Part shown: positions 1 to 14,470 of the stretch, in pieces | Layout of the letters: each line of letters begins with the position of its first letter | Numbering within the stretch: position 1 is the stretch's first letter | NCBI GenBank assembly: GCA_965235115.1 | Contig: OZ249440.1 | Span: forward strand, 35,900,001-35,964,000 | Length of the DNA: 64,000 bases | Reading direction: 5' to 3' | DNA from: Laetmonice hystrix | Lineage: Eukaryota | Position numbers and translations under genes: made by a program | The notes under the pieces: generated by a model | The model's input: only the letters and a program-made list of their open reading frames with translations | What the model was told of the DNA's origin: nothing | Database searches by the model: none

Positions 1-74
1 CTCACAGCACTCTAGTAGTTTTCGAGCTTTACCTGTGCAGTATTGGAGTAACGTGTTTAGCTTCGTTGCATCAG

Positions 75-336
75 TTACTGTTCCTTTCTCTGTCTAGTAA
101 AAGACCAATAGTGGAGAGGATTCCCATCAAACATTGCAAGATCACCTCTCGGCAGCTGCAAACTCTCCACCAGAGACTGATGCTGACGTTGTGTCGCATT
201 TAGCACCTCACAGAGTAGCTGGGGAACTTCCGCTGACTGTTGCGTTATGGCTGACGGTTCCCATGACTGATGCGATGTAACGTGTTCTGACGTGATGCTT
301 CCGGACTTGAGTATAGACATAGATGTGGGCTTGTTG
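75..336 (-). mobile_element. BEL/Pao LTR retrotransposon gag fragment
   Basis: LQLPRGDLAMFDGNPLHYWSF resembles the Pao gag motif (LP..EL..FDG.P..Y..F). Confidence 0.6.
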
Positions 337-500
337 GTAGCCCGGTTGGGCTGACAGGATGAAGTGTGTTGCAATGATATTCCGGTATTGGGGCCCTGGA
401 CAAAATAGGTCCTTTTGATTTTATGGTCTTTTTACTCTGTTTTCGCCTTCAAGATGGCCCCGGATGCCGACACAGCGTAAAACCACCACTACTCACTCAC
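337..500 (+). mobile_element. I-group LINE 3'UTR-only piece with (ACTC)n tail
   Basis: Matches the 3'UTR at 17390-17545; ends aaaaccaccactactcactcac. Confidence 0.9.
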
Positions 501-1584
501 TGAGTCACTCCGGCCCAAAAAATAGGTAAGACTGCTGAATTTCACCCACAGCCATCCTGTAAAGCTCCTTGCTCGGCCCGCTCTCAGGAACAACTTTCTT
601 TTTGCCATGAAACAGATCACCCAAGACATTTTGCCTGTCTACGTTCACTGGAGTCCCCGGAGCTGCCTGCTCTGTTAGTGAATGCAGGTGATGAAGGATG
701 TCTCTTAGATTTGGGTTCTGGAAAGAAATTAAATTTCATAATTGAACTTTCCAAAGATTTTCTGTGTTTAGGGAATGTACACACACTGGACAAAAGTATT
801 GCAAGGTGGGTAGAATAGAATGGCATGACATGTTCCACTTCATACGAGATATTAGGCGACTCCAAGGAAGTAAAGTGTGGTCTGCCACGACCACTTTCGG
901 AAGGCTGACAACCAGAGGGCCGAAACTTACCATGGTAAGTTACATGATCTAGGCCTATCAACCCGACACAAATCACTTTGCAACTTGTATAAAAACAGAC
1001 ATCAGACTGTTATGTTCGCTGTATAGTTAGGAAACCTAATATTAATAATGCACTGATTATGTAAGCTTTTCCTAATATTAATAATGCACTGATTATGTAA
1101 GCTACTTAGGCGTAACTACTTACGAAGCCAGCTCCGCCTCAAGCAAACCACCTATGAGTGTTGAAAACCAGAGGCTGTTGAAGACACACAGCATAGTCAG
1201 GTCAATTTAGGACATGACCCCTGACAAATTGCAAGAAAACGTTTTAAGGTGGTTTTCTATAGAATAAGGTCTGGAGAAGAACATATCAAAAGTTTGCAAA
1301 AAATCGGACATGGGGAAAGCCTCGTTTTCGGCTCAAATCCAAAATGGCCGACATATATGAATTATAATAATTAAATGAACCTAAATTTGGAACAAATTAA
1401 CATAGAAACACATTACGGATGTCATATTTAACTAAAATTAGGATGCCCATTCATTTGTTGGTACTTTAAGTCGTCAGAGGTCAAGGTCATGGGTCAGTCA
1501 AGGTCAAATTTGATCAAAATATGCCATACGCCGACAAGACCTACCCTTCAAAAAATGACAAGAAACCCTTTTACAGTACTTTTC

Positions 1585-2346
1585 GGATTCCTTATCCTGT
1601 CTGCAAGCACTTGCTAACTTGAACACAGATCACCCAGTGATCGTTCGAATCTTGTCCAAGTTGGCAATGCTTGCCAATGCAAACTTTGACATTCACTTTT
1701 GCTGGGTGCCTGGTCATGTTGGCATCCCCGGCAATGAGCAAGCAGACAGAACTGCCAAGAGGGCTCTTGAAACAGACGTCGAATTGTGTCCAATCCCAGC
1801 CTCTGACCTCAGACCTACCATCTGGGCATACATTAAGAACAAATGGCAGGCCGAATGGGATGAACAACCAAACAATAAGTTGTATCAGATCAGTCCCATG
1901 GTAAACCAAAGGTATCATCATGGCCTAACCCAACGTAGGCATGAAATTGTTTTTACTCGATGCAGAGTTGGTCATTCTAGATTAACCCATGTGTTTTTAT
2001 TGAAGGGGGAGCCACCTCCAGAATGTTATGGCTGTCAGTGTCCTTTGACACTGAAGCATCTTTTACTCGAATGTGGCGATTTTACTCTCATCAGACAAAG
2101 GTTTTATAATGAGACGAGTCTTAAGGATCTTTTTAGCAATGTCAGACCAGGAGTGATTTTAGAGTTCTTGTCAGAGGCTGGACTTCTGACTCTTTTATAG
2201 ATGTGTTTTGGTGGTGTTCCCGTTGGGACCCGGGATAAAATAGGTTCCTTTGGTTTTATGGTCTTATAACTCTGTTTTCACCGTGAATATGGCCCCAGAT
2301 GCCGACACGGCGCAAAACCACCACTACTCACTCTCACTCACTCACT
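1585..2346 (+). mobile_element. 5'-truncated I-group LINE (RNase H C-terminal half, CCHC, 3'UTR, tail)
   Basis: ORF 1619-2200 (WVPGHVGIPGNEQAD; CYGCQCPLTLKHLLLEC); TSD cagtacttttc at 1574-1584 and 2347-2357. Confidence 0.95.
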
Positions 2347-3256
2347 CAGTACTTTTCTGTAGCATAAGGGCTAGAGCGGGACCATATATTTCGCAAAAAT
2401 GGGATCCCCAAAGCCGGTCAGATTTTACAATTAGAAATTACCTAAAAATACAACACGGGCACAGAAAAAGGTATATGAAAGTGACATAGAAATAGCGCTC
2501 CTGCAATAACTGGGTTGTCCGACTCACCAGGGTATATATAATATTTGAGAGTGGTGGTTCAATGTCCAACTTGAAGATCACACCTCATTGCTAATATGTC
2601 CACTGGGAACACACACACACATAATTTCCGTGATTTTCATCTGGTAGGGTTGATCTTGTATACGCGTCCGGGGGATAAGCGTCAGCACAGAGTCGCAGAA
2701 TTTGTAACGTCTGCCTGCTCCTTCCTGTGTACCACTGTGCACGCACTGAGTTGGCTTGACTCTCTCCATCAGTCTCTTTCTGCTCTCTCCTGGTGATGGG
2801 CGACACCTATATATAAAGCTTACGCGCAGACGTCGGAGCAAACATGCTGCTCCTAGCTTGGAGTGCCATATACGCTTGACTGGCTGTGCTTTGTCCCATT
2901 GACAAATTAATATATATATGAGATATAACCTTAGGGCCTTGGTTTAATCCACCAAAGTCCCGGTTCACTCCACCAAAGTCCCGATGACTCCAGCTGAAAT
3001 TTTTGGGGACTATGGTGGAGTCTCTCTGGTCGATTAACTATTATTGTGAACTATTGTTAACCATATTAACCATGTGGAAGATCATATTACATATCATCCT
3101 ATTATCATCATGTCTTCAGAATCCACAAGTTCAGACAATTCTACCCCAATGCTCGTGCGAGCCTTGTTTTCCAGGTGCACCAAATTTTGGGACTTTAGTG
3201 GAGAGGAGGCTGGGGGTGAAAAACCGGAAGTAGTGTTATAATAAAAATAATGGTAG

Positions 3257-5200
3257 TGTCGTCCCGTTAGCCAGGGGCTTTGGGGATTGAGCTGTTTGTG
3301 GAACTAGCTCAGGTAGGGAACACCGCAACACATGGGTTGACGGATATAAAATATTTAATTAAATGCCATGACAGTATATGTAAGAGTTAACCTCAATGAT
3401 TTCCAAGATTTGTTACCCATGGAGTTGGGACCTGGTTATCCGTGTTTATCTTGACTATGTGTCGGTTATATTCTATTATCGCTTTGTTCACCATCTCTTG
3501 GTGTGATAAATCTCCGATGCTCTGCTTCAACTGCACGCCAACCAAGGGAACAAAAATAAAATTTCTGCCAGGGTATTTTCTTCTCAAATGTCCGTCCGCT
3601 CTGTTTAGTTCTGAGACCAGGTGATTAAGTAGTTCCTCTACTGATAGGAACATGAATTGAAAGGTGCGTTTCGTGATCTTGGTGGTAATATTATTGACTC
3701 CCCCCATAATGAATACATTAGATGTGGGGTTTTTGTTTTTGTGAATGATGAGTGGGTAATTTGAATGGTTAACTAGTGAGCAGTATGTTTGTTTGCCTTT
3801 TGGACAGTCAACTACTGGTGCTACAGATAGCATTGGGTATTTGTCCATCAGTCCCCACACAGGTTGCATAAAGACAAGTTGGTGAGTAGGCTTACTTAGT
3901 GTGATCTGTTGTCCGTGCGACGCTCTTCTCCCGTTGGCCTCGGCCAGCTGTTGCAGCTCCAGTTGCTGTGGATGTGCTGTCGATTTGTTGTACTGCAAAA
4001 ATTGGAGCCGCTCGCTCCACTTGTGTTGTCGTTTGCAGGATGGCGTTGATGGCCTGCAGCGCCGACAAACCTGCTGCAGGATGTTGTTGCATTGTGATTG
4101 GTGCCATCACTGGTGCCGCTGTGCATAATGCAGCGTTGTGTGTGAGATCCACCAGATTCTCGGGATGGTGTAGCAGAATTAGCGGGCGGACATCAGGTCG
4201 AAATCCGCTTAGGATTATGCGCTTTTGCAATGTTCGGACAGCACTGTGCTGCCAGCACCATTGTGTCCACATAAGTGCTAGCTGTCTCATGTTGACCCTG
4301 CTGTCTATTGCTGAGCGCCCACTCAGCAAGGGCTTCGTCATCTTCCGACAGGCAAAACCGCTTTTTAAAGCATTTTTTCAGCAAACTTTACCTGTCTGCC
4401 TCATTGGGGAATGCTTCTGCAGACTGCTGCCATTGTTTCAATGTTGTTTCAGGCTATTTTGGTTAAAGACAGGGCCAGCAGGTTCTCCCGTTCTTTAGGA
4501 GAGCATTTGTATTGTGTTGCATACAGTTCAAAGTTCTCTAGGAATTGTCCTCCATGTTTGTTAGTGTACCCATCAAATGTGTGTGGGTATGGGGCACACA
4601 CCTGGTGAGATGGGGCATCATCTGCCATAACTGATACTGGTCTAGGAGCACGGGGCGCGTTATCAAAGCCAACCACTAATGTTGGGTTTGTGACCGTGTT
4701 GAATGTGCCTGACACGCATTGGATTTACCGCTGTTTTGTGGACTTCAAACTCGTGGCATAGATAATTATTTACTTCCCAAAAAAATTTCACCAAGATCGT
4801 ACCCGGGTTTCTCTACCAGTTGTCCCATTAGCCAGGGGCTTTGGGGATCGAACTGTTTGGGGAACTAGCTCAGGTAGGAACACATGGGTTGACGGATATA
4901 AAATATATAATTAAATGCCATGACAGTATATGTACGAGTTAACTCCAATGCGGAAAACCTATATCACAACACTTAGCCCGAGTGGATGCGCCTTGCCAGT
5001 AGCTCTGTCTGAATGGATACAAACTGTTTGTCTGAACTGTCTGTCTAGCCGATTTGTCTGCTCTGGCTGATCTGTCTGCCCTGTCTGCTGGACAAGGGTG
5101 AGGGACGTGGTTATATAGGGGCTGTAGTCTTATTTGTTCCATAGGTGTCCTGTCACTAAGGCTGGTTAATAACCAGGGCCCGGTTCACAAACAAAGTCAA
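3257..5200 (-). mobile_element. Internally deleted Gypsy-like LTR element with an embedded SGNH-hydrolase-like fragment
   Basis: ~125-bp repeat at 3261-3390 and 4823-4942 (LTR 3' ends); TGG-starting PBS-like site near 4803-4819; gag-like ORFs 3892-4715; segment 3393-3730 resembles the SGNH ORF at 27935-28537. Confidence 0.6.
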
Positions 5201-5402
5201 GTCAATTTTAAAAAAGGCCCAGACCCACGGCTGCCCGCCTAAGTTGGTTTCCACTGTATATATATAATACTGATGTCCCGACATAAATATACTAGAAAAG
5301 GTTTACATATAGGCCTACTGACATTGTAAAAAAGGTGAACGACATGCACACGTTCACATTACATAAAAGAAGGTTTATATACATATTATTGTTGCCCCCT
5401 CA

Positions 5403-5552
5403 TAGTTTTGGTCAGAGGCTGGACTCTTTTATAGATGATTTTTGGTGGTGTTCCTTTTGGGATCCGGGATAAAATCTTTTAACCCTGTTTTCGCCATGAA
5501 GATGCCCCGGATGCCGACACGGCGGAAAACCACCACTACTCATTCACTCACT
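5403..5552 (+). mobile_element. I-group LINE 3' end piece (degenerate, internally deleted)
   Basis: gtcagaggctggact...aaaaccaccactactcattcactcactc. Confidence 0.9.
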
Positions 5553-5554
5553 CG

Positions 5555-6060
5555 GTTAAAAGGGCATGGATGCCCTGACGATTATCGGGGTCATGGGCAG
5601 CCTTCAAATGCCCAAAGTTCAGTCCACTTGCTCCAGCATACTCCGGCTGACAAGGCCCTTGAGTGGTGTCAATGTAAGGACATTCGCCTTCTTCATGTGA
5701 AGATGTTTTAACGATGCACGAAGTCAGTGTGAAAGGTGTGAAGTTGTATGTTGTCTATGGAGATGAAGGATGAGTTCTTAAAGTGCCTTGACATCTGCCA
5801 GGGCATCATCATAGCTTTTCTTCAGGATGTCTGAAACTACGACTTCTTGTTTGTAACTTTTCCATCCTGGCAGAATGTTCCTAAGTAGCGGCAGTGTGTC
5901 CAGAAGGATACTAGACAGTTCTGCAGTGTATCCATCATGGCACAGGTATCTGCAGCACTGACTAGTATCCAGGAGTTGTGACCAGCTAGTACCACCTTCT
6001 GGTCTCCCAGGAAGGCAACGTGTGCAAGCTGGATTATTACACAAGACATAGAACCACCCA
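5555..6060 (-). pseudogene. DEDDh-type exonuclease fragment, probably transposon-borne
   Basis: Frameshifted LAGHN, DTLPLLR..LPGWKSYKQ and DALADVKAL motifs. Confidence 0.5.
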
Positions 6061-7534
6061 CCGAGGCCTTGCCATCGCTCCCTGACACAGGATGACAGGC
6101 TGTAAAATAGCTGACCATTCTGACTCTGCGGGGGTCGCTATTTCACAGAATATATATATATATATAAAAGAGAGAACATAACTCCGTGTGGTGTGCTCCG
6201 TGTCCAGATCTCATCTTTCCCTCGTTGAGAGGTTCGTCTTTATTTCTATCAAGACGGCAGCAGGCACCGCCCAATGACTGGGTGGTGTAGGGGGACAGCG
6301 GGCTGACTCAGCGTCACCAGGATGTTACAGCTTCAGCACACACACCATTAATAGGTCGCTATATTATCTAGGGCACATTAGGAATATTGTATTAAAGCCT
6401 TAACCCGAAGATTGGTACTTATATATACTTAAGTAAAAAGATAATTAACTAGGAAGATTACAAGGTATTTCCATATTAAGTTTCTACCCTCATAATACCA
6501 ATAAAGAAGGAACTAGAGAACTATCTTACCATAAACTCTATGATTAATATAATGGTTACCATAAACTACTAATAACATATAAGTATCATACCAAAGTGTC
6601 TACACTTTACAAGGCGCAAGGGGAGACTGTTGACAGCTGTCCAGTGCCTCTGCCAACACGGCCAGTTCAACCACCCATCGGCCTTGTTTCCAGTCAAATG
6701 AGTCATAAGATCCTGCGACCACAGTCTCTTCATTGGTGACAGTGAGACTGTCCGGCGATGTTGTTATTGTGGCGTAGCTGTGATTGTCTGACAGTCAGAA
6801 AGGTGGCGCACGTTCCGGGACCCTTGCCGTAAACGGATTGAAATCCACGCTCAAGACTGGCAATATACACAATATTGCACTAAACTGCGAGTGGCATTCA
6901 AATAATATAGAAACATTTGTTAATATATTTATTTCGACACCATTCTTGCTTTGTCATGAATTACCCCCGAACTGGGCAACGGTGAACGAAAATGTGTTGC
7001 GAACATATGTCCTAAACAGCGACAGGTGCTGGACACCCGCCATACACCATAGAACCAGTGTAACTGTTCCAACCGGAAGATGATTTTTGCCGTTTTTCTC
7101 ACAGAAGTTCACGAGAAAAAAGGGAAAAAAAGAAAGTGAGAAAAGAAAACAATAGGGGGCGATAGGGCCTTTACCATTACATTACCTTTTGCCTGGCTCA
7201 ACAAAACTACAAAAACTAATGGGGCAAGGTGCTTATCTACCAAACCTACTCCAGTGTCTCTCGTTTCTTTTATATCGTCAGCGACCCTGCTGGTGTGAAG
7301 TGACAACTGCGGTATTCCTCTGACTGCCAGCAGTAGCAGTTTCATGGTTGAAATTGTTGCCAGGGTGTGTTTAACTCGCACACCATATTGTCGTAACTGT
7401 TTCCTTTTATCCAGGTCTCACTATACTAACCTGTTACATCTCTTTCCTTTAAATAGGACAGTTTTGAGCCTAGCCCTTCTATTGGTGTGTTCCACCATTC
7501 AAGTATGGCTAAGTGTACGTCGGTGTGAGAGTGT

Positions 7535-7999
7535 TTAGCCTTTTTCATGATGTTTTTGAGGATTTTCACTTAACTCAGCAAATCCGTTTCTTTGTGGGTA
7601 TTCTGGTGATGAGTGTAAGACCATAGTTGGTTGCAAATTTGTTGAATTCTTTTGGGGCCCACCATCTGATATGAATTGCTCTGGGATGCCATACCTGGCG
7701 AACTGTTCTCTCTCCAACAGTTCATTCTGTTAAGGAATGCAATGCTCTTCAAATAGCTTCATGACTGGCTTGAGCTTGAACTTGTCAGCTTCCTCAGTAA
7801 ACTGGAATCCATCATCCACGGCACGTCCTTGTGTACCCATTAAATTTAGTAGACACATCACCTGGCGTTTTTCAGGCTTTGAATCAAGTCCTGCTGCACA
7901 CATGAAAATATGAAAGTCACTGATAAAATTTCTCCAGTTTTGTGCTACGTTACCCTGGAAATCCATTTTCCACGGGGGTTCGAAGCCTCCGCTAGCCAT
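7535..7999 (-). mobile_element. Gypsy gag N-terminus fused by deletion to an integrase core fragment
   Basis: GNVAQNWRNF...LLNLMG (gag) next to FARYGIPEQFISDGGPQ and SSPEYPQRNGFAE (integrase). Confidence 0.8.
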
Positions 8000-8339
8000 G
8001 ATGCTTGTGTATCGCTTCGTGGCTTCTCAATTCCGTGCTTGACAACACGTAGTGGCAGCCTGGCGGTGAAACACTACTGCGATCGCTTGTACGCAGACAT
8101 CACTCACTCAAAACTGTCGGAAGAGGTCTCTGTGTGTGCCTGACTATCTCCCGTACATGGAGGTGACTTTTGCTATTGTGACCTTTGTTATTTACAGAAA
8201 AATCAGCTTTGACAAATGGAAAGTGCTTTTGGCATTTGGCAACCCCTCCTATTTGTCGATTTTATACTTCTCTAATTTTATCAGAAAAGCAACATATCAA
8301 TAAATAATGGCCAACCTAGGCAGTTTTAAGTCCCAGTCC

Positions 8340-8736
8340 GCCCCTGACTGGCCCATGTAGCTTACCTTGTCAGGCTTGCGCAGTTCATATCCCAGATGTA
8401 GGAGAGGATCAGGATTTGCAGGACTCGGAGTACCATCAATAAAGTGCTTGCTGCACACACATGAGTCTTTGTAGGTGTCCAAATCTTGATGGCAGACCCC
8501 TGGGCTTTCCTATTCACCGCCTTTATCCAGGCCCGTCTGCGTTCAGCATCCTTTGGGAATGTAAACAAGAGAAATGGCTTCGGACAGTTACACATGTCCG
8601 ATCCAAATTTAGCGAAATGAGTGCCACAAACGGTTTGTTTCCATCTCTCGACTGTGTAGGTGCTGTTCCCACACCATTTCATTGCACAGATATGTATGAT
8701 GGTGTTGATCTGACGAAGAGAAACGACCCAAAACAC
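8340..8736 (-). mobile_element. THAP-domain exon of a DNA transposon gene
   Basis: C..C, FTFPKD..RRRAWIKAVNRK and VCSKHF motifs; GTAAGC splice donor near 8361-8366. Confidence 0.75.
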
Positions 8737-9599
8737 CGTGATTACAGTCGTCCACGAACGGCCATGCGATGATGCAACTTGGTTTGTTTATCCCCCTGCC
8801 GCGGACCGGAAGCTGTTCGGGGACATGCGCACTCGAGATACCGATTTGGCTTATTGTCGTAACCGTTTCCTTTTATTCAGGTCTCACTCTACTAACCTGT
8901 TACAGCGTGTAGCTCGAGTGGTTCCATCTTTCATTAGAAATGATGCTGATAGTGATACCACATCCTCCTTTTATACTTGGGACAAGCAAAGGCTGCCCAT
9001 CACCCAACCAAACAACAAGTCGGGTAATAAAGATTACTGTTGTCATGAGTGTAGTAAACACATTGATTGCACTACCTTCACTCCTTACTCCATTTAAAAT
9101 GTCCTCTGATGTGTTAGCTGTGCATCAGTCCACAAAGGTCCCAACCACAACAGAGGCCTTCCCTGTCACTCAACAACAATAAAACAAATATTGCACTGTT
9201 ATTGTCAAACAAACCGATACAGCCACAGCTCACTGCTGCTCCTTTGGGCATCAGCGAACTGAGATTGATTAGTTACGCCTGGGGGGATTCCCGATAGGGA
9301 CTGGCTATTGACACCAACACGGAAACAACTGACCTAAATTAGTTTGACTAATTCCGACACAAAATGGTGTGTTTGGGTTAGGGTAAAGGTTAGGCCTAGG
9401 GTAGTTTAGTCCCAAAATTGTTGTTAAATAGGCACTAACTTCCGGCTGTGACGTCATACCTAAAGTCACGGACTTGTAGCACGACTAATCGATCTCAGTT
9501 CGTTTAGTTTGCTCAGTTCGTTTATTGATGCCCTTCCTTTGGCTACCCAGTGAGTGAGACGGGATCAACCTTATTTAACAGCCTACTACTCCTCCCCAC

Positions 9600-9931
9600 G
9601 GCTGCGGGAAAAAGAGAATTTTATTTCACCGACTTGACAGTTCCTCCCTTGCCCCACGACAACGCCAACTAGAATGGGCCTCCGATGCTGCCCCAATCCT
9701 GAAACTGTGCCTCTTGAAACGGGAGGTGTCCAATCCACAGGCCCAGAACAGCAAGCATAACATATGGGACATCCGCCCCATTGTATATGGAACAACCCCT
9801 GGGGCAACAAAAAAGGGCCCTGGCTGAAGCCCCCTAACCCTAGGAACGTTCTGAGCAACTCCACAGGGCAAAACTCCAAATCCGGCCGAGCAGCAATCTT
9901 AACCACCTGAGGGATGGGTGAACTCTTTGAC
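9600..9931 (-). mobile_element. DIRS-type tyrosine recombinase, C-terminal fragment
   Basis: FCPVELL and HSFRIGAAS (HxxR) motifs. Confidence 0.8.
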
Positions 9932-11733
9932 CGTTTTCTACTACTGTACGTTTGATTTTTCAAACAAAATATACATCATTCAATTCTACAATGTTTAAAC
10001 AGCATTTCTAACATAAAATATTAAGCGAATATTCTTTAGCTTGAAGTTCTCACTGGTTTAAAAACAAAACTGGTGAATTTCATTCCTTGAAACCCGGCTC
10101 ACAGCCGACACACGTGGATATTCAGGCCGCGTGGTATTTTGCCTATCGTCCCACCTAATTTTTGATCTGACCTAAGGTTGGATTTATTATGTCAGGGCCC
10201 GTAATCCGACCTGTGTGAGACCCAGGTCATGTTTCAGCCACCATGGCTCAGAGTGGTTGCGCACGCCACCTGGTGGATCTTGGCATTGCTAGTATAGGTC
10301 TTGAATTGATTGCAACTATTCATCTGTTTTAATCACTTTTTAGCCTATGATTGATCTGACAAATGACTGACTGCATTCGCGTCAGCAGCACTGCTGCAGT
10401 GCAGTGTCAGCACCCTGTCCATTTCATTTAATTACTTAGGTTTCTAATTACTGGTGTCGTCTTCACTTGAGGAGCCAGCCAAATCACGATCTGTCGTCTT
10501 TGCATGTGGCTAGTTACGCCAGAACTGCCTCAAGTAGGCCCTAGGGATTTTGGAAAATAATCATTATATGCCTACTCGGCATAGGCTTTGGATCAAGGTA
10601 AATAAGATTTTCCTAAATACGTCTATAATAAATTAAAATCTAGACAGAGACACAATCTGTTCCATAATGGTGTTTATTTTACAATTCCTAACAGCCGATA
10701 AACTTGGAGCTCAAAATAATATTGTGATGTCACAGTTTCATCCACATACATATTATCTAGAGGTTCTTTCAGGTAAACCGAACCACTTAACAATAATCTC
10801 CATATGACTGTCTGTAACAAGAGCTGATGATCCTACATTGATTACGTCACGCAGGCAATGTCCAAGGTCAGGGGGGGGGTGCCAATCAAGACTGTGACAA
10901 TATCAAGTTAAAGGCTATATAGGATCTTTCCAAGAATATGTATGTGCAGACGCTTATGAACGAAGTGAGCATGCAAAACTCGGCTAATTAATTAAGGAAG
11001 TCGCAATATTGTCACAAAGTTTTTTTTTGTGTTGGGGTCACCATACAATCTACATGTTGATTATCTTTGGGCAATGAATCCGCAATCTTATAGAAGGACA
11101 CCAAGGACAACTATAATGGGCAAGAAGAAATACTACAACATTAAACAGCACTGTAAGTTTCTTCCTTTTCTCATTATTTTCTCTGTTTTTTTTTCTGTAG
11201 CCTATTTTACCTGCATTGGTCAGCCGTAACACTTATCAGCTATGAGAGCAACAAAAGTTTTTTTTACCAGCTTTTATTAATTTCACACACATACCGTTGT
11301 TTACATACACGTAACGTTATACCATCCTATATGGCCGTCCATACCGACGGGAATTTACGTGTAATACATTTAGTTATTTTGTAAATCTGCTGATCTGATA
11401 AGAATGACAGCGTAAATCACAATACATGTAGCTATACTTTGCATGTTAAATTATATATACATTTGTACCTCACCATATTTAGTTATTTTGTAAATCTGCT
11501 GATCTGATAACTGGGTCTGGTTCCAGTTGAAAATAGACTCCACTTTGGCCATAAGGGGAGTCAGTTCGGCGCAAGCCTCGCTCTTCAGAGTGGCAAAACA
11601 CGAAGAGATGTGTTCAGCAGGAAGATAGGGCAAGGCCAGCACCTTCCTGGCGAATGAATAGAGGCTTCCTCGCTTCATATACGATGTCTGAAACATTTTT
11701 TCTTCTTCTTATTAGTATTATTGTTATTAGTGG

Positions 11734-11862
11734 CAGGGGCGGATCTAGGATTTTGTCGAGGCGGGGGGAGGGGGGGGGGAGGTTAACCAGCCGAATGCAC
11801 GCAATGACCCCCAAAGGGGGGGTTAGAACCCCCTGAACCCCCCCCCCTTTGATCCGCCAGTG
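11734..11862. mobile_element. Small MITE in a MULE intron
   Basis: Ends caggggcggatc...gatccgccagtg, flanked by agtgg on both sides. Confidence 0.6.
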
Positions 11863-12157
11863 AGTGGCTAGTGCCATTATGACATGATATAGACCTACTG
11901 TCATTATATACCATACCTGCAGCCCCAAAGCCTGCATGTGTCGCCATACTGCCTGTGTCCAATGGAACAGACACCCTTGTCCGTTGACTCCAGGGAACAC
12001 TGATCGGATGGCTGCCCACATCCCTCTTGAAGTCAAGAACAACCCGCTTTACTCGTGCCTCTTGTGGAAGCGCAGCTTTGAGAGCTTGTAGCACCTGCAA
12101 AAGGCAAGCAGCATACACAAATAAATTTCACAAGACAGGATTAAAATTATTGTTTAA

Positions 12158-12546
12158 CCCTTTCAGGGCGAACGATGCCTTGAGGCATTACCGTGCCAGG
12201 GCGGACGATGCCTTGAGGCATTACCGCCCCAGGGCGGACAATGCCTTGAGGCACTTTTTTGTCTACTCCGACCACTCCACGTAAATCCAGCCCATTGATA
12301 GCAAAGACTGTCAGTCACCCAACTGCAATTGTCGAGTAGCTGTACTAACTACAATTGTCGAGTAGCTGTACTAACTCCTCCCCCTTACATATTACGTTGA
12401 TTGCTATTGTCTTTTAGACATTTATGTTTCCTAAAATCACGTTTTTCGAGACGAAAATCCAAAATGGCTTGCCCACGTGGGGTGGTGTGCAAAACTGGGT
12501 CAGCCTCTGTGACGACTGTGATGTAAGAAACGTCGCCGGCATAGGG
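12158..12546. mobile_element. piggyBac-type MITE in a MULE intron
   Basis: TTAA|ccct...aggg|TTAA; three ~30-bp subterminal repeats at 12164-12254. Confidence 0.75.
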
Positions 12547-13329
12547 TTAATGAAATTTGCGTCATTTGCATCACAAATTTACGTTACCATTTCATAATCT
12601 CTTGTTCTGCGGCCCAACATGAGTGCGAAGGCCAGCGGGACTTGTTTCAGTGTATCTCCCTGCTTTAGAAAGGAGTGGATTGAAAAGAGTTGGTCGAAGG
12701 GACGACCAACAACTTTAAATGTGCTGTCGACAAACCATGTCTTTCCCATGCTGAGCACCTTAATTTGTTGCGGTGTCGCAAACAACAAATGGCGAAAGCC
12801 ATCCCCCATTATATCCTTCACAAGGAACTCTTCTGGCATGAAATCTTAGGCAAGCTGTAACAGAAAAAGGTCAAAGTGTGATACATATGTTAATGAAAGA
12901 AACGAAGCGTACATGGTATTTACAAACTTACATTCAAGCATAGTGCAATCATGAGAAGACGTGTCACAAAAACATACCATAAACTGCAGTGTACAAACAA
13001 CGTACAGACATGTTGCCACACCTTGACTCATGGCTCTGGCAAGGCCTGTCGGTAACCATAGTTCCCTCTGGCAAGGTAAAAGCCATTTTTTGACGCCAAT
13101 TGGGCCCCCTAGGGGCCAAATTGAAAAGAAGGTAGCCATGAAAAATGGAGGTTTAAGTTTTTGTTTTTTTAATGCAGTGCACACTTTCCTATTCTTTACT
13201 GTGAATGTATATTGCCAGGAACTTGGTAAAAGTATTGGTAATTATTAATAATTTCCGGCCACACAGGACAGTAGTTACCACAATATGAAAATGAGACTTG
13301 ATGATGGTAGCTGATGGTGCCAAAGCCAA

Positions 13330-13560
13330 GTAATGCAGTTTGTCTTGATGCCCTGTACAGCTTTCCATTGCCGTCATTCAAAAGTGCAATGTCTGCATCC
13401 TCGTCCTGTCCTTCAGTTTTTTCTTGTTTTTCATGATCTCGGTGTGTTTGTCCCTCCTGACAAGGCGCACAATGATCGGACGCTATCTTCCCTGCTGGAA
13501 TCTCCCAACACGATGGTTAGTGCTGATATCGTTGTGGGTCACTCACTCCCATCAGCTCTG
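13330..13560 (-). mobile_element. LINE ORF1 fragment
   Basis: Minus frame reads HRVGRFQQGR*RPIIVRLVRRDKHTEIMKNKKKLK. Confidence 0.6.
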
Positions 13561-14470
13561 CTACCTCTACCATTCTGTCGTTAGTGACTTCGTTATCCAC
13601 TTCTGGTCAGTCTCAACTTGTGATGGGGCTGTATCTGGATCCTCTATTGTTGTGTTCAACAGCAGGCTTGTCAAGGAACGTTCCTCTGTTTCTAGTAAGT
13701 CTTGCGTTGTGGTTGGTTCTGGGGTGAGAGAATACATCAGTTGTGTTCTTGTAGACGTACTGTTTGCGGTAGGTGTTGAAGTAGTTGTTCTATGATCTTT
13801 TCGAGACTCAAATGTGGTCGTGCTCCGCTCCCCTCCGGTTCCTTCAAGTTCATGACACATATATATATCTTCTACGGTTGGGTTTAAAAAGGCACAGATG
13901 CCTGTTGACCGCTCTACTCATTAGGTTAATAATTATAATTTTGATGCACATGGTCATGGAGGGACGGCCTTTGTATTATAGCATCGGTCTAAACAACGAT
14001 CCGCGACGAACGTGGAGGCTGGAACATCATTGGTTTCGTCAGGCACCGCCATCTCATCTTTAGCACACCATTGCATCTCAGCGCACCATTGCATCGGCGG
14101 AGCGTATCTGCTTGTGCCTTGTGTTGTAGCGTTCTTCTGCACGGTTTGTTGGGTTGGGGAAAGGTGTGAGCAGCCAGCGTTTGAGGGGATATCCGGAGTC
14201 CCCAAGTAACTATTTGGCATGCTGTTACTTTCAAAACTTTCCCACACATGAGAGTTGCGCAAAATATAAGAATCATGACAGGAACCGGGGAATCGTGCAT
14301 ATAAATTAAAAAATTTTAAAATCCTGTTACACTATTTGGACATTTAGGGAATGAAATGGCGAATACAGAGGGATGTGAGTTCCGTCTATCAAGCCTACAA
14401 GAGATGGCAATGTTTCTTTTTGATATGAATCAAATTCGCACGTCCTTATTTCATGTTCATCTGGCCAATG

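Larger units (their letters stand above)
11510..12845 (-). mobile_element. MULE transposase gene fragment with introns
   Basis: Exons carry WFVDSTFKVV, VVLDF, GCLFHWTQAVWR and LALPYLP; GT donors after exons. Confidence 0.8.
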